Shown here: one piece after another, positions 18,880 to 28,375 of the stretch
Layout: each line of letters begins with the position of its first letter
How positions within the stretch are numbered: the first letter of the stretch is position 1
Origin: an uncultured Fibrobacterota bacterium
GTDB lineage: Bacteria > Fibrobacterota > Chitinivibrionia > Chitinivibrionales > FEN-1185
DNA length: 64,000 nt
Direction of reading: 5' to 3'
NCBI GenBank assembly: GCA_963729895.1
Contig: CAVSQB010000031.1
Location: 25,639 to 89,638, forward strand
Notes under the pieces: generated by a model
Database searches by the model: none
What the model saw: only the letters and a program-made list of their open reading frames with translations
What the model was told of the DNA's origin: nothing
Position numbers and translations under genes: made by a program

Positions 18880-19335
18880 CTACCGAACCACTTCGATCCT
18901 CACCCGAGCTTTTCCTGTTTTGTCAATTCCGAGCGCCGCGGCGGCCGCGTACGACAGATCGATGATGCGGGCGCGGGAGAACGGCCCCCTGTCGTTGATG
19001 CGGACAACCACCCACGTTCCGGCCTGCATGTTGGTCACCTTCACCATCGTACCAAAAGGGAGCGTCCGGTGCGCGGCGGTAAACGTGTGCATATTGAACC
19101 GCTCGCCGCTTGCGGTCTTTCTTCCGTTGAATTCCTTTCCGTAATAACTGGCGATGCCGACGCTCGGGCCAAAGGCGCCGCTCCAGCCTTCGGTAGCGCG
19201 CGCATGGGCCGACAGCGCGGGTGCGCAGCAGTCAAGAAATGCGATGGCAAGCGAGGCGGCAAGGGGCGCAACGAGCAGCCGCCCGCGCGAGCCCAAGGGA
19301 CGGCATGATTCGCTCTTGACAATTCCGGGCATCAT
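18880..19335 (-). CDS. rlpA: RlpA-family septal ring lytic transglycosylase
   Basis: GIASYYG, GRKTASGE, TAAHRTLPFGT, VRINDRGPF, RIIDLS; start approximate. Confidence 0.9.
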   Translation of the reverse strand: MMPGIVKSESCRPLGSRGRLLVAPLAASLAIAFLDCCAPALSAHARATEGWSGAFGPSVGIASYYGKEFNGRKTASGERFNMHTFTAAHRTLPFGTMVKVTNMQAGTWVVVRINDRGPFSRARIIDLSYAAAAALGIDKTGKARVRIEVVR

Positions 19336-19346
19336 GTGACGGGCGG

Positions 19347-20252
19347 TCAGGGAATAAACAGGTGGAGGTCTTTGATGCTTGTCACGTTTTCCCGTTCGCA
19401 AAAGTCCATAATTCCCGCGAGCACATGCGACACGGTGGAAGGATCGACGAAATTCGAGGTGCCGATCTGGACGGCCGATGCGCCGGCGAGCAGGTATTGC
19501 AAGGCGTCCTGCGCACTGGTGATGCCGCCCATGCCGATAACCGGGATTGACACGGCCCTGCTTACCGCATAGGCGGCGGCAACGCCGACAGGCCTGATTG
19601 CGGGACCGGAAAGGCCGCCTGTTCCAAGCGGCAGCACCGGTTTCTTTGCGGCAACATCTATCACCATGCCCACCAGCGTATTGATACACGACACTGCGTC
19701 CGCACCACCCTCCTGCGCTGCCCTGGCAATAACCCCGATGTCGGTGACGTTCGGCGTGAGCTTCACAATAAGCGGCTTTCCGGTACGTCCGCGAAGGCGG
19801 GCGGTGAGGTGCTCCACCTGCACGGGATCGGTGCCGAACGCCATGCCGCCGTGTTTCACATTGGGGCATGAGACGTTGATTTCGTATCCCCAAATTCCAT
19901 TGCATGTTTCCAGTTTGTCGAGCACCGCGGCATATTCGTCGGCAGTGCCACCGGCGATGTTGACAACAACGGCGGACGGCAGGCCCGCGCAATAGGGCAT
20001 CTTCTCCGCAATGAACCGGTCGACCCCGACGTTGGCCAGCCCGATGGAATTGAGAAGACCGGACGGCGTCTCGATGATCCTGGGAATGTCGTTTCCGGGC
20101 CGGGGCGCGAGCGTGACGGCCTTTGTGTACAGCGCGCCGATTGCCGAAAAGTCAACGAGCTGCTCGTACTCACTGCCGTAGCCGAAAGTTCCCGAAGCAA
20201 CGCCAACGGGGTTGGAGAGTTTCTTTCCACCTATCTCGACGCTCAGGTCCAC
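19347..20252 (-). CDS. pyrD: Dihydroorotate dehydrogenase B, catalytic subunit
   Basis: ASGTFGYG, NSIGLAN, NVSCPNV, KLTPNVTDI, GGLSGPAI; GTG start after GGAGG. Confidence 0.95.
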   Translation of the reverse strand: MDLSVEIGGKKLSNPVGVASGTFGYGSEYEQLVDFSAIGALYTKAVTLAPRPGNDIPRIIETPSGLLNSIGLANVGVDRFIAEKMPYCAGLPSAVVVNIAGGTADEYAAVLDKLETCNGIWGYEINVSCPNVKHGGMAFGTDPVQVEHLTARLRGRTGKPLIVKLTPNVTDIGVIARAAQEGGADAVSCINTLVGMVIDVAAKKPVLPLGTGGLSGPAIRPVGVAAAYAVSRAVSIPVIGMGGITSAQDALQYLLAGASAVQIGTSNFVDPSTVSHVLAGIMDFCERENVTSIKDLHLFIP

Positions 20253-21073
20253 ACGATCCTCCTGCTGTCGAACACGGGACCTTCGGTGCACGCGCGGGCA
20301 TACCCGTTCGCGGCATCATTCACTTTCACGGCGCATCCCATACAGGCGCCGACTCCGCAGGCCATGGTTTGCTCCATGGCCACGAAGCACGGGTACCCGC
20401 GCGTCTGCGCCCAGCGGTGGCAAGCCAGGAGAAGGGGCAACGGTCCGCAGCAAAACACTGCGGCGTTTCCGCCCGGGTTCAAAGGGAGCGATTCCAGGTA
20501 CGTGAGCGGAGTCCCTTTGATACCTTCACTTCCATCGTCCGTACAGACGATCGTCCGTGCGGAAGGGAGCGTTGCGAATCTTGGAAGCTGAGACTTTGTC
20601 CGGCAGCCGAGGACCAAAACGCAGCCCTGTGCGGTTTGTGCTAAGGCAGATGCCAGAAAGCGGATTGGACCGAACCCCGTTCCTCCGGCCACCAAATAAG
20701 TGGAGGAAATGCCGTGTGGCGTCACAACGGCAAAGTCGTTGCCGAGCGGACCGATAACGTCTATCGAATCTCCCGGGGCTTTGCCCACAAGAAGCTCAGT
20801 CGCCGGCCCGCGTTTTTTGTAGGCAATCGAAGCGGTTCCCGCCTTTTCGTCGTACGACGAGAACGCAAACGGCCTCCGCAGCAAGGGCGCCGTGAACGGC
20901 GACACCCGCAGGGTGCAGAACTGTCCGGGCCGGGGCACGCCGGCCGACCGGTCCCAAGCGAACGTCAGTTCAAAGAAACAGTCCGACACGGGCGCATGAG
21001 ACACGATGCTTGCAATAAACTGTTTCATCGTCCGTAAATTTGTCTTTCCGGGAGCGTGTTCCTGCTTATCCAT
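20243..21073 (-). CDS. pyrK: Dihydroorotate dehydrogenase electron transfer subunit
   Basis: PGQF, LLRRPF, GPLGN, GGTG, MACGVGACMGC, CTEGPVF; start may instead be ATG 21028. Confidence 0.93.
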   Translation of the reverse strand: MDKQEHAPGKTNLRTMKQFIASIVSHAPVSDCFFELTFAWDRSAGVPRPGQFCTLRVSPFTAPLLRRPFAFSSYDEKAGTASIAYKKRGPATELLVGKAPGDSIDVIGPLGNDFAVVTPHGISSTYLVAGGTGFGPIRFLASALAQTAQGCVLVLGCRTKSQLPRFATLPSARTIVCTDDGSEGIKGTPLTYLESLPLNPGGNAAVFCCGPLPLLLACHRWAQTRGYPCFVAMEQTMACGVGACMGCAVKVNDAANGYARACTEGPVFDSRRIVWT

Positions 21074-21205
21074 GGTTAAATTAGTTTATGAGGGCCGAAC
21101 GTGTCCCAATTTTCATGCGTCACAGGCGCGGGAATAGTATTTTGTAAGTTTGACAGATCAAAGCTATCCGTTGAAATCCTCCTGCCTAATTCAGGGCCCA
21201 AGCGA

Positions 21206-22870
21206 ATGATTCGTTCTCTGCTGCACACCTGTTTTGTACGATTTGCGTGGAAGCCTCCAGTTCCGCGCGCCGGCAATCCGAATTACGCCCCGTTTTCAAG
21301 ATTCTTTGTCCTGGTACTGTGTTATGCCGCCGCGTCCGCCGCGGTCGACGCGCCCGACCTCAAGGCATATTCAAAACTCCTGGCCGGCGCCCCGTTCGAC
21401 GAACAAACGCGGTCACCCGAGCCGCAGATTGACAACTCGATAAATCCGGAGGCATATTGTATCGGCGGGGGCGACGTATTCCAGATCTCGGTGGTGGAAT
21501 CGCCGTCCATCCAGTACACGGGAACGGTCAATGAGAACTGCGACGTGTACATCCCGGAACTCGGCATCATAAAGATCGGGAAGGCGCGCCTCTCCCAGGC
21601 CAGGAAGCTCATCGCGGAATTCGTCGCTTCGAAACTCAGGAAGCGGTTCGAAGTATATGTCTCCCTTGTCAAAACCAAGACCGCGGTGGTGGGCGTGTCC
21701 GGCGCCGTGGCGAACCCGGGAACCTACAGGATTGCCGGCACCTTCCGGCTTCTCGACGCCATACGGGCGGCAAACAACGGTGCACTGCCTTCCTTCAACG
21801 AATGCAATTATCGCGAAACGGAATGCCGCACCGGGGATTCGGTGCGCGTCTTCGACCTCTTCAGGTACTTGTTTGCAAACGACCTGGACCAAAACCCCTA
21901 TGTCTACCCCGGAGATAACATACGGATCTCGCTTGCCCAGCGGCGGGTGATGATCAGCGGGGCCATCAAAAGCCTGGCGACGGGCTGGATCCCCATCAGG
22001 CAGGACGAGCAGGCCGCCGATTTTCTCTCCCTGTTTGCGCTTGACGCGTCTGCGGATTCCGACCGCATCATCATCCAGCGGGTCAACCCGGATAATTCTT
22101 GTCTCGTCAAGATCATTTCGGTCCGCGAAAAGGTTTCCTTCCCCCTCCAAGACCGCGACCTCGTGATTGTTTCGGAAAAGGAGAATTACCCGGAGGCGGT
22201 CACCGTGACGGTACGGGGCGAAATCGCCAGGCCGGGCCCGTATCCCCTTGCAAAAAACGTTACCAAAGCGGACGACGTGGTGAAGTTGGCGGGAGGTCCC
22301 ACAACTCTGGGCAACGCCGGCCGCGCCTACGTGATCCGCCGCAGGAAAATGTTCCGCGAAGAGATCAAAGGGAACGGCAATTCGCTTAAATCAACTACAA
22401 TGGCCGGTATTTCCGACAACTCGGTGCGTCCGGAAATAAATGCGGGATTTCTTCGGATGAACGCGTCAAACGATTTTTCGATCCTGAGGTTCAGCGACAA
22501 CAAAGACGGCATCCTCCTTGAGCCCGACGACGAAGTCGTAATTCCAAAAAAGGAATACTGTGTATACGTGAGCGGAAGCGTTCGGCATCCCGGCGCCTAC
22601 CCTTTTTCGGCAGGCGCCAGCAAGGACCATTACATCAGTTTGGCGGGCGGGTACTCTTCAAAAGCGGACAGGAAGAATTCATGTGTCGTCGCCTACTATG
22701 GGACGGTCATGCAGGTGAAAGAAGATGGCGCGTTGGAAGAGGGCGATGTTATTGTCGTTCCGGATTCCCAGGAGTTCAAGTTCCTGACGATAGTCTTCAT
22801 TCCCATTCTCTCCGCAATCGCAATTACCATTTCCACCATTCTTGCGCTCTATACCAGCGCGCACCACTAA
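21206..22870 (+). CDS. Polysaccharide export-type protein with multiple SLBB domains (Wza/KpsD-like)
   Basis: YCIGGGD poly-export motif, repeated VSG/GxVxxPG SLBB units, C-terminal hydrophobic helix; start uncertain. Confidence 0.8.
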   Translation: MIRSLLHTCFVRFAWKPPVPRAGNPNYAPFSRFFVLVLCYAAASAAVDAPDLKAYSKLLAGAPFDEQTRSPEPQIDNSINPEAYCIGGGDVFQISVVESPSIQYTGTVNENCDVYIPELGIIKIGKARLSQARKLIAEFVASKLRKRFEVYVSLVKTKTAVVGVSGAVANPGTYRIAGTFRLLDAIRAANNGALPSFNECNYRETECRTGDSVRVFDLFRYLFANDLDQNPYVYPGDNIRISLAQRRVMISGAIKSLATGWIPIRQDEQAADFLSLFALDASADSDRIIIQRVNPDNSCLVKIISVREKVSFPLQDRDLVIVSEKENYPEAVTVTVRGEIARPGPYPLAKNVTKADDVVKLAGGPTTLGNAGRAYVIRRRKMFREEIKGNGNSLKSTTMAGISDNSVRPEINAGFLRMNASNDFSILRFSDNKDGILLEPDDEVVIPKKEYCVYVSGSVRHPGAYPFSAGASKDHYISLAGGYSSKADRKNSCVVAYYGTVMQVKEDGALEEGDVIVVPDSQEFKFLTIVFIPILSAIAITISTILALYTSAHH

Positions 22871-23121
22871 CCGCGGGTACGGTGTCCGCCGGCGCGTTGT
22901 TTTGCGAACCGCGGGAGTCGGTTCGCGTGCCGTTCACCGACTCCCCGTGCATTTCGCGGATATGCAACCGGGCGGAGCGGAAAATGGTTGTAGTTTTTGT
23001 GGAGATTTCCGGTGAGAAAGAGAAAATCCGCTCCCGGGGCGGTAACGCAGGCTTCCGGCTTTTTGTCCAATCAACACCTACACGTGCTTCGATGTTTTCC
23101 TTTTCAAGGAGTCGTTGATAC

Positions 23122-23754
23122 ATGATCCACACAGTCGCTGCATTTTTCAATTCCGGCGGTCCATTCATGTGGGTGATCCTCGTGGTGCTGGCCATTTCCA
23201 CCGCGGTGGTCCTCGAACGGGTCTTCTTCTACTTTGTCGTCTGCAGGGCGCGCGGGCCCGTTCTCGTGTCGAAGATCGCATCCGCGTTGCACGGCGGTAA
23301 CCAGGAAGAGGCGAAGAAGGCGGTGAGCAAGGGCTCTGCGCCGCTCACCGTCTTGCTTCGCACTGCGGTGGACCGCTATTGCGCGGGCATGCCCGTCCAC
23401 GACATCGAAGAGGGAATCGAGGAGTCGGCAATCGTCGAGATGCCGAAGATGATCGCCCGGCTCAACTACCTCTCCCTTTTTGCAAACATCGCAACGCTGC
23501 TCGGACTGCTGGGGACCATCTCCGGGCTTCAGGCGTCGTTTTCTTCCCTTGCCTCGGTGGAGGCATCCAAAAAGGCCAGCATGCTCGCCGCCGGCATCGC
23601 CGAAGCAATGAACTGCACGGCGTTCGGCCTTATGGTGGCGGTTCCCTGTATGGTGGCCTACACCGCCCTTTACAACAAGCAGACGCAATTGACAAAAATG
23701 ATTGACGATTCCATCGTGAAAACCCTCAATTTCATGAAGAAGCTCAAGCCGTGA
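23122..23754 (+). CDS. exbB: MotA/TolQ/ExbB proton channel protein
   Basis: GGPFMWVI, ANIATLLGLLGTISGL, AGIAEAMNCTAFGL. Confidence 0.92.
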   Translation: MIHTVAAFFNSGGPFMWVILVVLAISTAVVLERVFFYFVVCRARGPVLVSKIASALHGGNQEEAKKAVSKGSAPLTVLLRTAVDRYCAGMPVHDIEEGIEESAIVEMPKMIARLNYLSLFANIATLLGLLGTISGLQASFSSLASVEASKKASMLAAGIAEAMNCTAFGLMVAVPCMVAYTALYNKQTQLTKMIDDSIVKTLNFMKKLKP

Positions 23755-24254
23755 AAACACTTTCTGTGGGGAAAAAAGGATTTCTGCCGTCCGAGGCGAT
23801 CGAGGCGGAGATCGATATCGACGTGAAACCGATAATGAACGTTCTCATTATCCTCATCCCGTTTCTCGTCTCGGTGGCGGTATACACCAACCTTGCGGTC
23901 ATCGACATGTCGCTGCCGCCCAACGTGACCGCCGCGGCGGGAGCGGGCCCGGCAAACCAGAAACCCAGGCTCAAGATCACCGTGCTGGTGGCGCAGACCT
24001 ACTGCGCGATTACGCTGGGTGAGACCCTGCTCGATTCCATTCCGCGGACCGGAGACGAGTACCCCTACGACACCCTCGCGGCGCGCCTCCTGGTGCGCCG
24101 CGCTGCCGCCGACGTCAAAGACGAAGTGATCGTGGCGCCGCGCAACAGGATCCATTTCCGTTACGTGGTGCGGATCATGGACGCGTGCAAGAAGACCGGG
24201 TTCGAAAAAGTGAGCCTGGCAAGCGCTACGGAGAACCCGGACGGCGGCAAGTAG
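23751..24254 (+). CDS. exbD: ExbD/TolR-family protein (TM Asp replaced by Asn)
   Basis: DVKPIMNVLIILIPFL TM segment; C-terminal VVRIMDACKKTGFEKVSL. Confidence 0.85.
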   Translation: MKTLSVGKKGFLPSEAIEAEIDIDVKPIMNVLIILIPFLVSVAVYTNLAVIDMSLPPNVTAAAGAGPANQKPRLKITVLVAQTYCAITLGETLLDSIPRTGDEYPYDTLAARLLVRRAAADVKDEVIVAPRNRIHFRYVVRIMDACKKTGFEKVSLASATENPDGGK

Positions 24255-24255
24255 C

Positions 24256-24726
24256 ATGAACATCCACAAAAAGAAATTCTCGGGGTCAGGCGGCATCACC
24301 GACATCATCAAGCCGCAGATGACTTCGCTTATCGACATCCTCACCTTGCTGCTGGTGTTTCTCATCCAGAGCTTCAACGCCGAAGGCACGCTGGTGACGC
24401 CGTCATCGGACCTGGAGCTTCCGCTTTCGTCTTCAAAGAAGCAGCCCAGCCCGAGCATGATGATCGAGATAACGCGCGACGCGGTCGTCGCGGAAGGAAG
24501 GCAGCTTGCCGCCGACGCGTCGTTCGCCTCGTCGCCCGACCTGCTTGTGCCGAACGTGTATTCCTGGCTCGGACAGCAAAAAGGCCGCATCGCCGCCTCC
24601 GCGGAACCGCGGCAGATCATCATCCAGTGCGACAGGGAAATCGAATTCAACATTGTCAAGCGCGTGATGTACACCTGCAGCAAGGCGGGGTTCACCGATT
24701 TTTCGGTTCTTGTCATAGAGGAATAA
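24256..24726 (+). CDS. exbD: ExbD/TolR-family protein (AglS-like)
   Basis: MTSLIDILTLLLVFLIQSF TM segment; IIQCDREIEFNIVKRVMYTCSKAGF. Confidence 0.88.
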   Translation: MNIHKKKFSGSGGITDIIKPQMTSLIDILTLLLVFLIQSFNAEGTLVTPSSDLELPLSSSKKQPSPSMMIEITRDAVVAEGRQLAADASFASSPDLLVPNVYSWLGQQKGRIAASAEPRQIIIQCDREIEFNIVKRVMYTCSKAGFTDFSVLVIEE

Positions 24727-24729
24727 GGC

Positions 24730-25506
24730 ATGGACGCCATCACGCTCGAACTGCTTTCCGGGCCGCCCAAGCGGTCGGACAACCATTTGTTCGGCGTGAT
24801 ATTCGCGATAACGCTTGCCCTGTTTCTCGGGGCGGGCCTGTATCTCACGAAGGTAAAACCCCTGCCGGTGCACTACGACGAGAAACCCGTCACCCAGATC
24901 ACCACGCAGTTCGTGATGCCGGAAAAGAAGAAGCCGCCTGCTCCCAAACCTAAGCCGGCGGCACCGAAAGAGGAACCGGTCGATCTCACCAAGGCGCCGC
25001 TGCTCAACCAGAAACAGGATTTTACCGCACCGCAGACGGCTGTGCCGCAGACGAAGCAGGTGGCGCGTCCGGTGTACGGACTCAGGCGCGTGTATTCTAC
25101 GGGAATAGGAGCGGGCGGTTCGGTATCGGAGGCGGTGATCGGAAAACTGGGCAACACGCTTGACAAAGACATCGACACACTGACGCCCGCGCCAAAGGAC
25201 ATAAAGGGACAGCTCGTATCCATTACCTCAATCTCAACGGCGCCTCGCCTAAAACATGACGTGAAACCGGAATACACCAAAGAAATGATCGCGGCCAAGG
25301 TCGAAGGTGTTATCAAGGCCGAGCTGCTTGTGGACATAGACGGAAAAGTGAAGGAAGTCAGAATCCTCAACGATCTCGGCTATGGTACGCGCGACCGTGC
25401 GCGTGAAGCATTTTTGCAATGGGAGTTTGTGCCTGCCATGCGGGACGGCAAGCCGGTTGCTACGTGGATATCGTATTCGATCAGATTCGTTTTTCTGCAG
25501 GACTGA
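24730..25506 (+). CDS. tonB: Energy transducer TonB
   Basis: N-terminal TM helix, Pro/Lys-rich linker, TonB_C (PEYT..KVEGVI..VDIDGKV..WEFVPAMRDGKPV). Confidence 0.88.
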   Translation: MDAITLELLSGPPKRSDNHLFGVIFAITLALFLGAGLYLTKVKPLPVHYDEKPVTQITTQFVMPEKKKPPAPKPKPAAPKEEPVDLTKAPLLNQKQDFTAPQTAVPQTKQVARPVYGLRRVYSTGIGAGGSVSEAVIGKLGNTLDKDIDTLTPAPKDIKGQLVSITSISTAPRLKHDVKPEYTKEMIAAKVEGVIKAELLVDIDGKVKEVRILNDLGYGTRDRAREAFLQWEFVPAMRDGKPVATWISYSIRFVFLQD

Positions 25507-25508
25507 TA

Positions 25509-28358
25509 ATGCATTTTCGACAAATACGAACGCATCGGGCCGCCCTGATCGCCGGTTTCTTCGCATGCCTGGTAATCGCGGTTTCTTCGCCTGCGCAGAT
25601 TTCGGAAAGCGCGCCGGTGGCCCCTTTGCCCGCTGCGGGGAAAAACGCGCCGGTGCCCGCCACGCAGGATTCCGGTGTTCAAAAAGCCTCGACAGGTTCG
25701 GGCGATACGAGTTCGACCACCGGCAAAGACAGCCTGCCGCCAATCGATTCCATGCCGAAACTCATTGAATTTGTGAATGCGCAATACCCGGCCGACCTTG
25801 TCAAAAAGGGACTTGAGGGCCAGGTTGTTCTCGACCTTGTCGTGGACACGGCAGGCCGCGTCGACTCGGTCGCAGTTGTCAGAGGTTTCAACCCGCGTCT
25901 CGATTCGAGCGCCGCGGTTGCGGCAAAACAATTCAGGTTCAGGCCCGCACTTTCCGCCGGTGCGCCCGTGGCGGTGATCATGGAATACGTGTACCGGTTT
26001 ACAATTGATGAAGTTGTCCGGAAAATAGACCGCTACGTCAATCTCAAGGGAAGACTTCTCGAGCGCGGCACGCGAGCGCCGGTGGTGGACGCGACCGTCG
26101 CCCTCATGTTTCGGGACACATCGAGCGACAAGACATTGCGAGTGCCGTTTTCCGCGTATTTGAAAAGAATCGGCAGTTTCCCCGGCCAGCACGTTGAAAA
26201 CAACGTTCTGGTGACGGCAACGGATTCCTTGGGCCGCTTTGCGTTTACGTCTGCTCCGTCCGGCCCCATCACCCTCAAAGTAATTTGCCCAGGGTACGAA
26301 CAGCTCAGCGAAGATGAGGATCTGCATCCCGGAGCGGTCCTGGAAATCACCTATCATATCCAGCGTTTTTCCACCTATGGCGACAATGAAGTGGTGGTAT
26401 ACGGCAAGGAGGACGAAACGGAAGTCGCCGAGCATACGTTGACGCTCAACGAAGTAAAAAAGGTCCCTGGTTTCGGCGGAGATGCCGTCAAGGTGGTGCA
26501 GGCGCTTCCCGGCGTCGCGCGAACATCCCTGTTGGGAAACCAGATCGTGGTCCGCGGTGCACCCACCGCCGATTCCCGCTTTTTCCTTGACGGCGTGCAA
26601 ATTCCGGTACTGTTCCATTTCGGCGGCCTCAAATCAACCTACAACTCCGACGCGCTCCAATCGGTTGACTTTTATCCGGGAGGCTTCGGCACGCGGTACG
26701 GCGACGTAACCGCCGGTGTCATTGAAATCACGGGCCGGCCCGCAAAGACGGACCGCATCCATGCAAGCGTGGACGCCAACTTGATCGACGCATCGTTTAT
26801 GGTGGAAGGGCCCGTCACCGACAAGATTTCCACGCTGCTCACCGCGCGCAGGAGCTTTATAGGAGACATTCTCAGCTGGGCCGTAACGAAAATTGACCTT
26901 CCTATTTCCATACAGCCGTATTATTGGGACTACATCTGGCGCACCGATTATGCACCCACCAAAGACCAGAGGTTTTATCTGTCGTTGTTCGGCTCCGATG
27001 ATTTTTTCAAATTGGTTGCTCCATCGTTTGGAGGCAGGACCAGTATCACAAACGACCCTACCGACGAAGCGGACCAGCGGACCATGTTCAACATGGGGAT
27101 TCTCGGCTGGAACTGGGATATTTCCCCTACCGTCAAGAATCATCTCACCTGCGCTTTGACATACGCTGACCAGTATTCTTCGTTTTTCGGATTTGTGAAA
27201 GTCGATCAGAACGCCTGGTACTATAACCTTCGCGACGAGGCAAGCATTACCGTCTCCAAGAACGCCGTCGTCCATGCTGGGATCGACGCGCTTGTCTATC
27301 CAGCCAACTTTGAAATGGTGATCCAGGGCGCCGCGGATACCGTGACCAGGGACACGATGAAGGACTGGGTTTTTGGAGACATAGGCCCGTACCTCAATCT
27401 CGATTGGAAACCGCTTGAGCGGCTTGAAATCATCCCGGGCTTGCGATACGATTATTTTCCGGAACTCGATTACCGGGGAAGCATTGCGCCGGCCTTCTGG
27501 AACTACAGTCTCATAAACAACCGTCAGGGCGGGCCCGGCGAACCGTCGTTGCGTGTGAACGCCCGGTACAAAATCGCTCCGACGCAAACCGTGAAAGCGG
27601 CCATCGGCAACTACAGTGAAACGCCGCAGCCCCTGGGCGAGTCTATCATGCAGCAATGGGGCGACCCCCATCTGCCCGCCACCAAGGCCGCCCAATACGT
27701 TGCCGGGTACGAATGGAAGATTACTGATCTTGACAATGCAGACGTTCAGGCGTATTACAATTACCAGTGGGACATTCCACGGCAAGGCACCCCCCAGGAC
27801 GTTCCCCCCGGCGAAACACCCAAGGGGTTTTATGCAGACGAATTGGGACGGATGTACGGCCTGGAAATCATGCTGAAACACGACCAGGGGAAACGGTTTT
27901 TCGGCTGGATCGCGTATTCACTGTCCCGCAGCGAACGCCGGGACCCTCACACTGGTATATGGTCCCTGTATTCAAAGGACGAGACAAACAACCTGCAGCT
28001 GATCGGAAGCTACCGGCTTCCGAAATTCTGGGAAATCGGCTGTCGCGTCAGGTATGTGACCGGAGACCCGACGACGCCCATTACGGGAATAGACTACAAT
28101 GAAAACGAAGGCCGGTTCCAGCCCTTGTACGGTCCGGCGAATTCGTCCAGGTTCGATCCCTTTTTCCAGGTTGACATGAGAATAGAAAAGAAGTTCATGA
28201 TGAAGAACTGGGTCTTGTCCGCCTACCTTGATTTCCAGGACTTGAGCTGGTTTGTGTATAAGAGCCCGGAATTCTACATGTATAATTACCGGTATGACCA
28301 AAAAACGCCGGTCGGCGGGATCCCGGAACCGGCTCTCGGCATTTCCGCGGAATTCTAG
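25509..28358 (+). CDS. TonB-dependent receptor with fused N-terminal TonB_C and carboxypeptidase-regulatory-like domains
   Basis: Signal peptide; AQYP..GLEGQV..FRFRPA TonB_C; plug (VPGFGGDAVKVVQALPGV, VRGA, LFHFGG); barrel ending in aromatic AEF. Confidence 0.9.
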   Translation: MHFRQIRTHRAALIAGFFACLVIAVSSPAQISESAPVAPLPAAGKNAPVPATQDSGVQKASTGSGDTSSTTGKDSLPPIDSMPKLIEFVNAQYPADLVKKGLEGQVVLDLVVDTAGRVDSVAVVRGFNPRLDSSAAVAAKQFRFRPALSAGAPVAVIMEYVYRFTIDEVVRKIDRYVNLKGRLLERGTRAPVVDATVALMFRDTSSDKTLRVPFSAYLKRIGSFPGQHVENNVLVTATDSLGRFAFTSAPSGPITLKVICPGYEQLSEDEDLHPGAVLEITYHIQRFSTYGDNEVVVYGKEDETEVAEHTLTLNEVKKVPGFGGDAVKVVQALPGVARTSLLGNQIVVRGAPTADSRFFLDGVQIPVLFHFGGLKSTYNSDALQSVDFYPGGFGTRYGDVTAGVIEITGRPAKTDRIHASVDANLIDASFMVEGPVTDKISTLLTARRSFIGDILSWAVTKIDLPISIQPYYWDYIWRTDYAPTKDQRFYLSLFGSDDFFKLVAPSFGGRTSITNDPTDEADQRTMFNMGILGWNWDISPTVKNHLTCALTYADQYSSFFGFVKVDQNAWYYNLRDEASITVSKNAVVHAGIDALVYPANFEMVIQGAADTVTRDTMKDWVFGDIGPYLNLDWKPLERLEIIPGLRYDYFPELDYRGSIAPAFWNYSLINNRQGGPGEPSLRVNARYKIAPTQTVKAAIGNYSETPQPLGESIMQQWGDPHLPATKAAQYVAGYEWKITDLDNADVQAYYNYQWDIPRQGTPQDVPPGETPKGFYADELGRMYGLEIMLKHDQGKRFFGWIAYSLSRSERRDPHTGIWSLYSKDETNNLQLIGSYRLPKFWEIGCRVRYVTGDPTTPITGIDYNENEGRFQPLYGPANSSRFDPFFQVDMRIEKKFMMKNWVLSAYLDFQDLSWFVYKSPEFYMYNYRYDQKTPVGGIPEPALGISAEF

Positions 28359-28375
28359 AGGAGTTTTCTGTTGCC

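Noticed and set aside
22871..23121. Possible cobalamin or other riboswitch upstream of the Ton locus
   Set aside because: Only a GGGAGTCGGT/ACCGACTCCC hairpin is visible; no B12 box or other aptamer consensus recognised.
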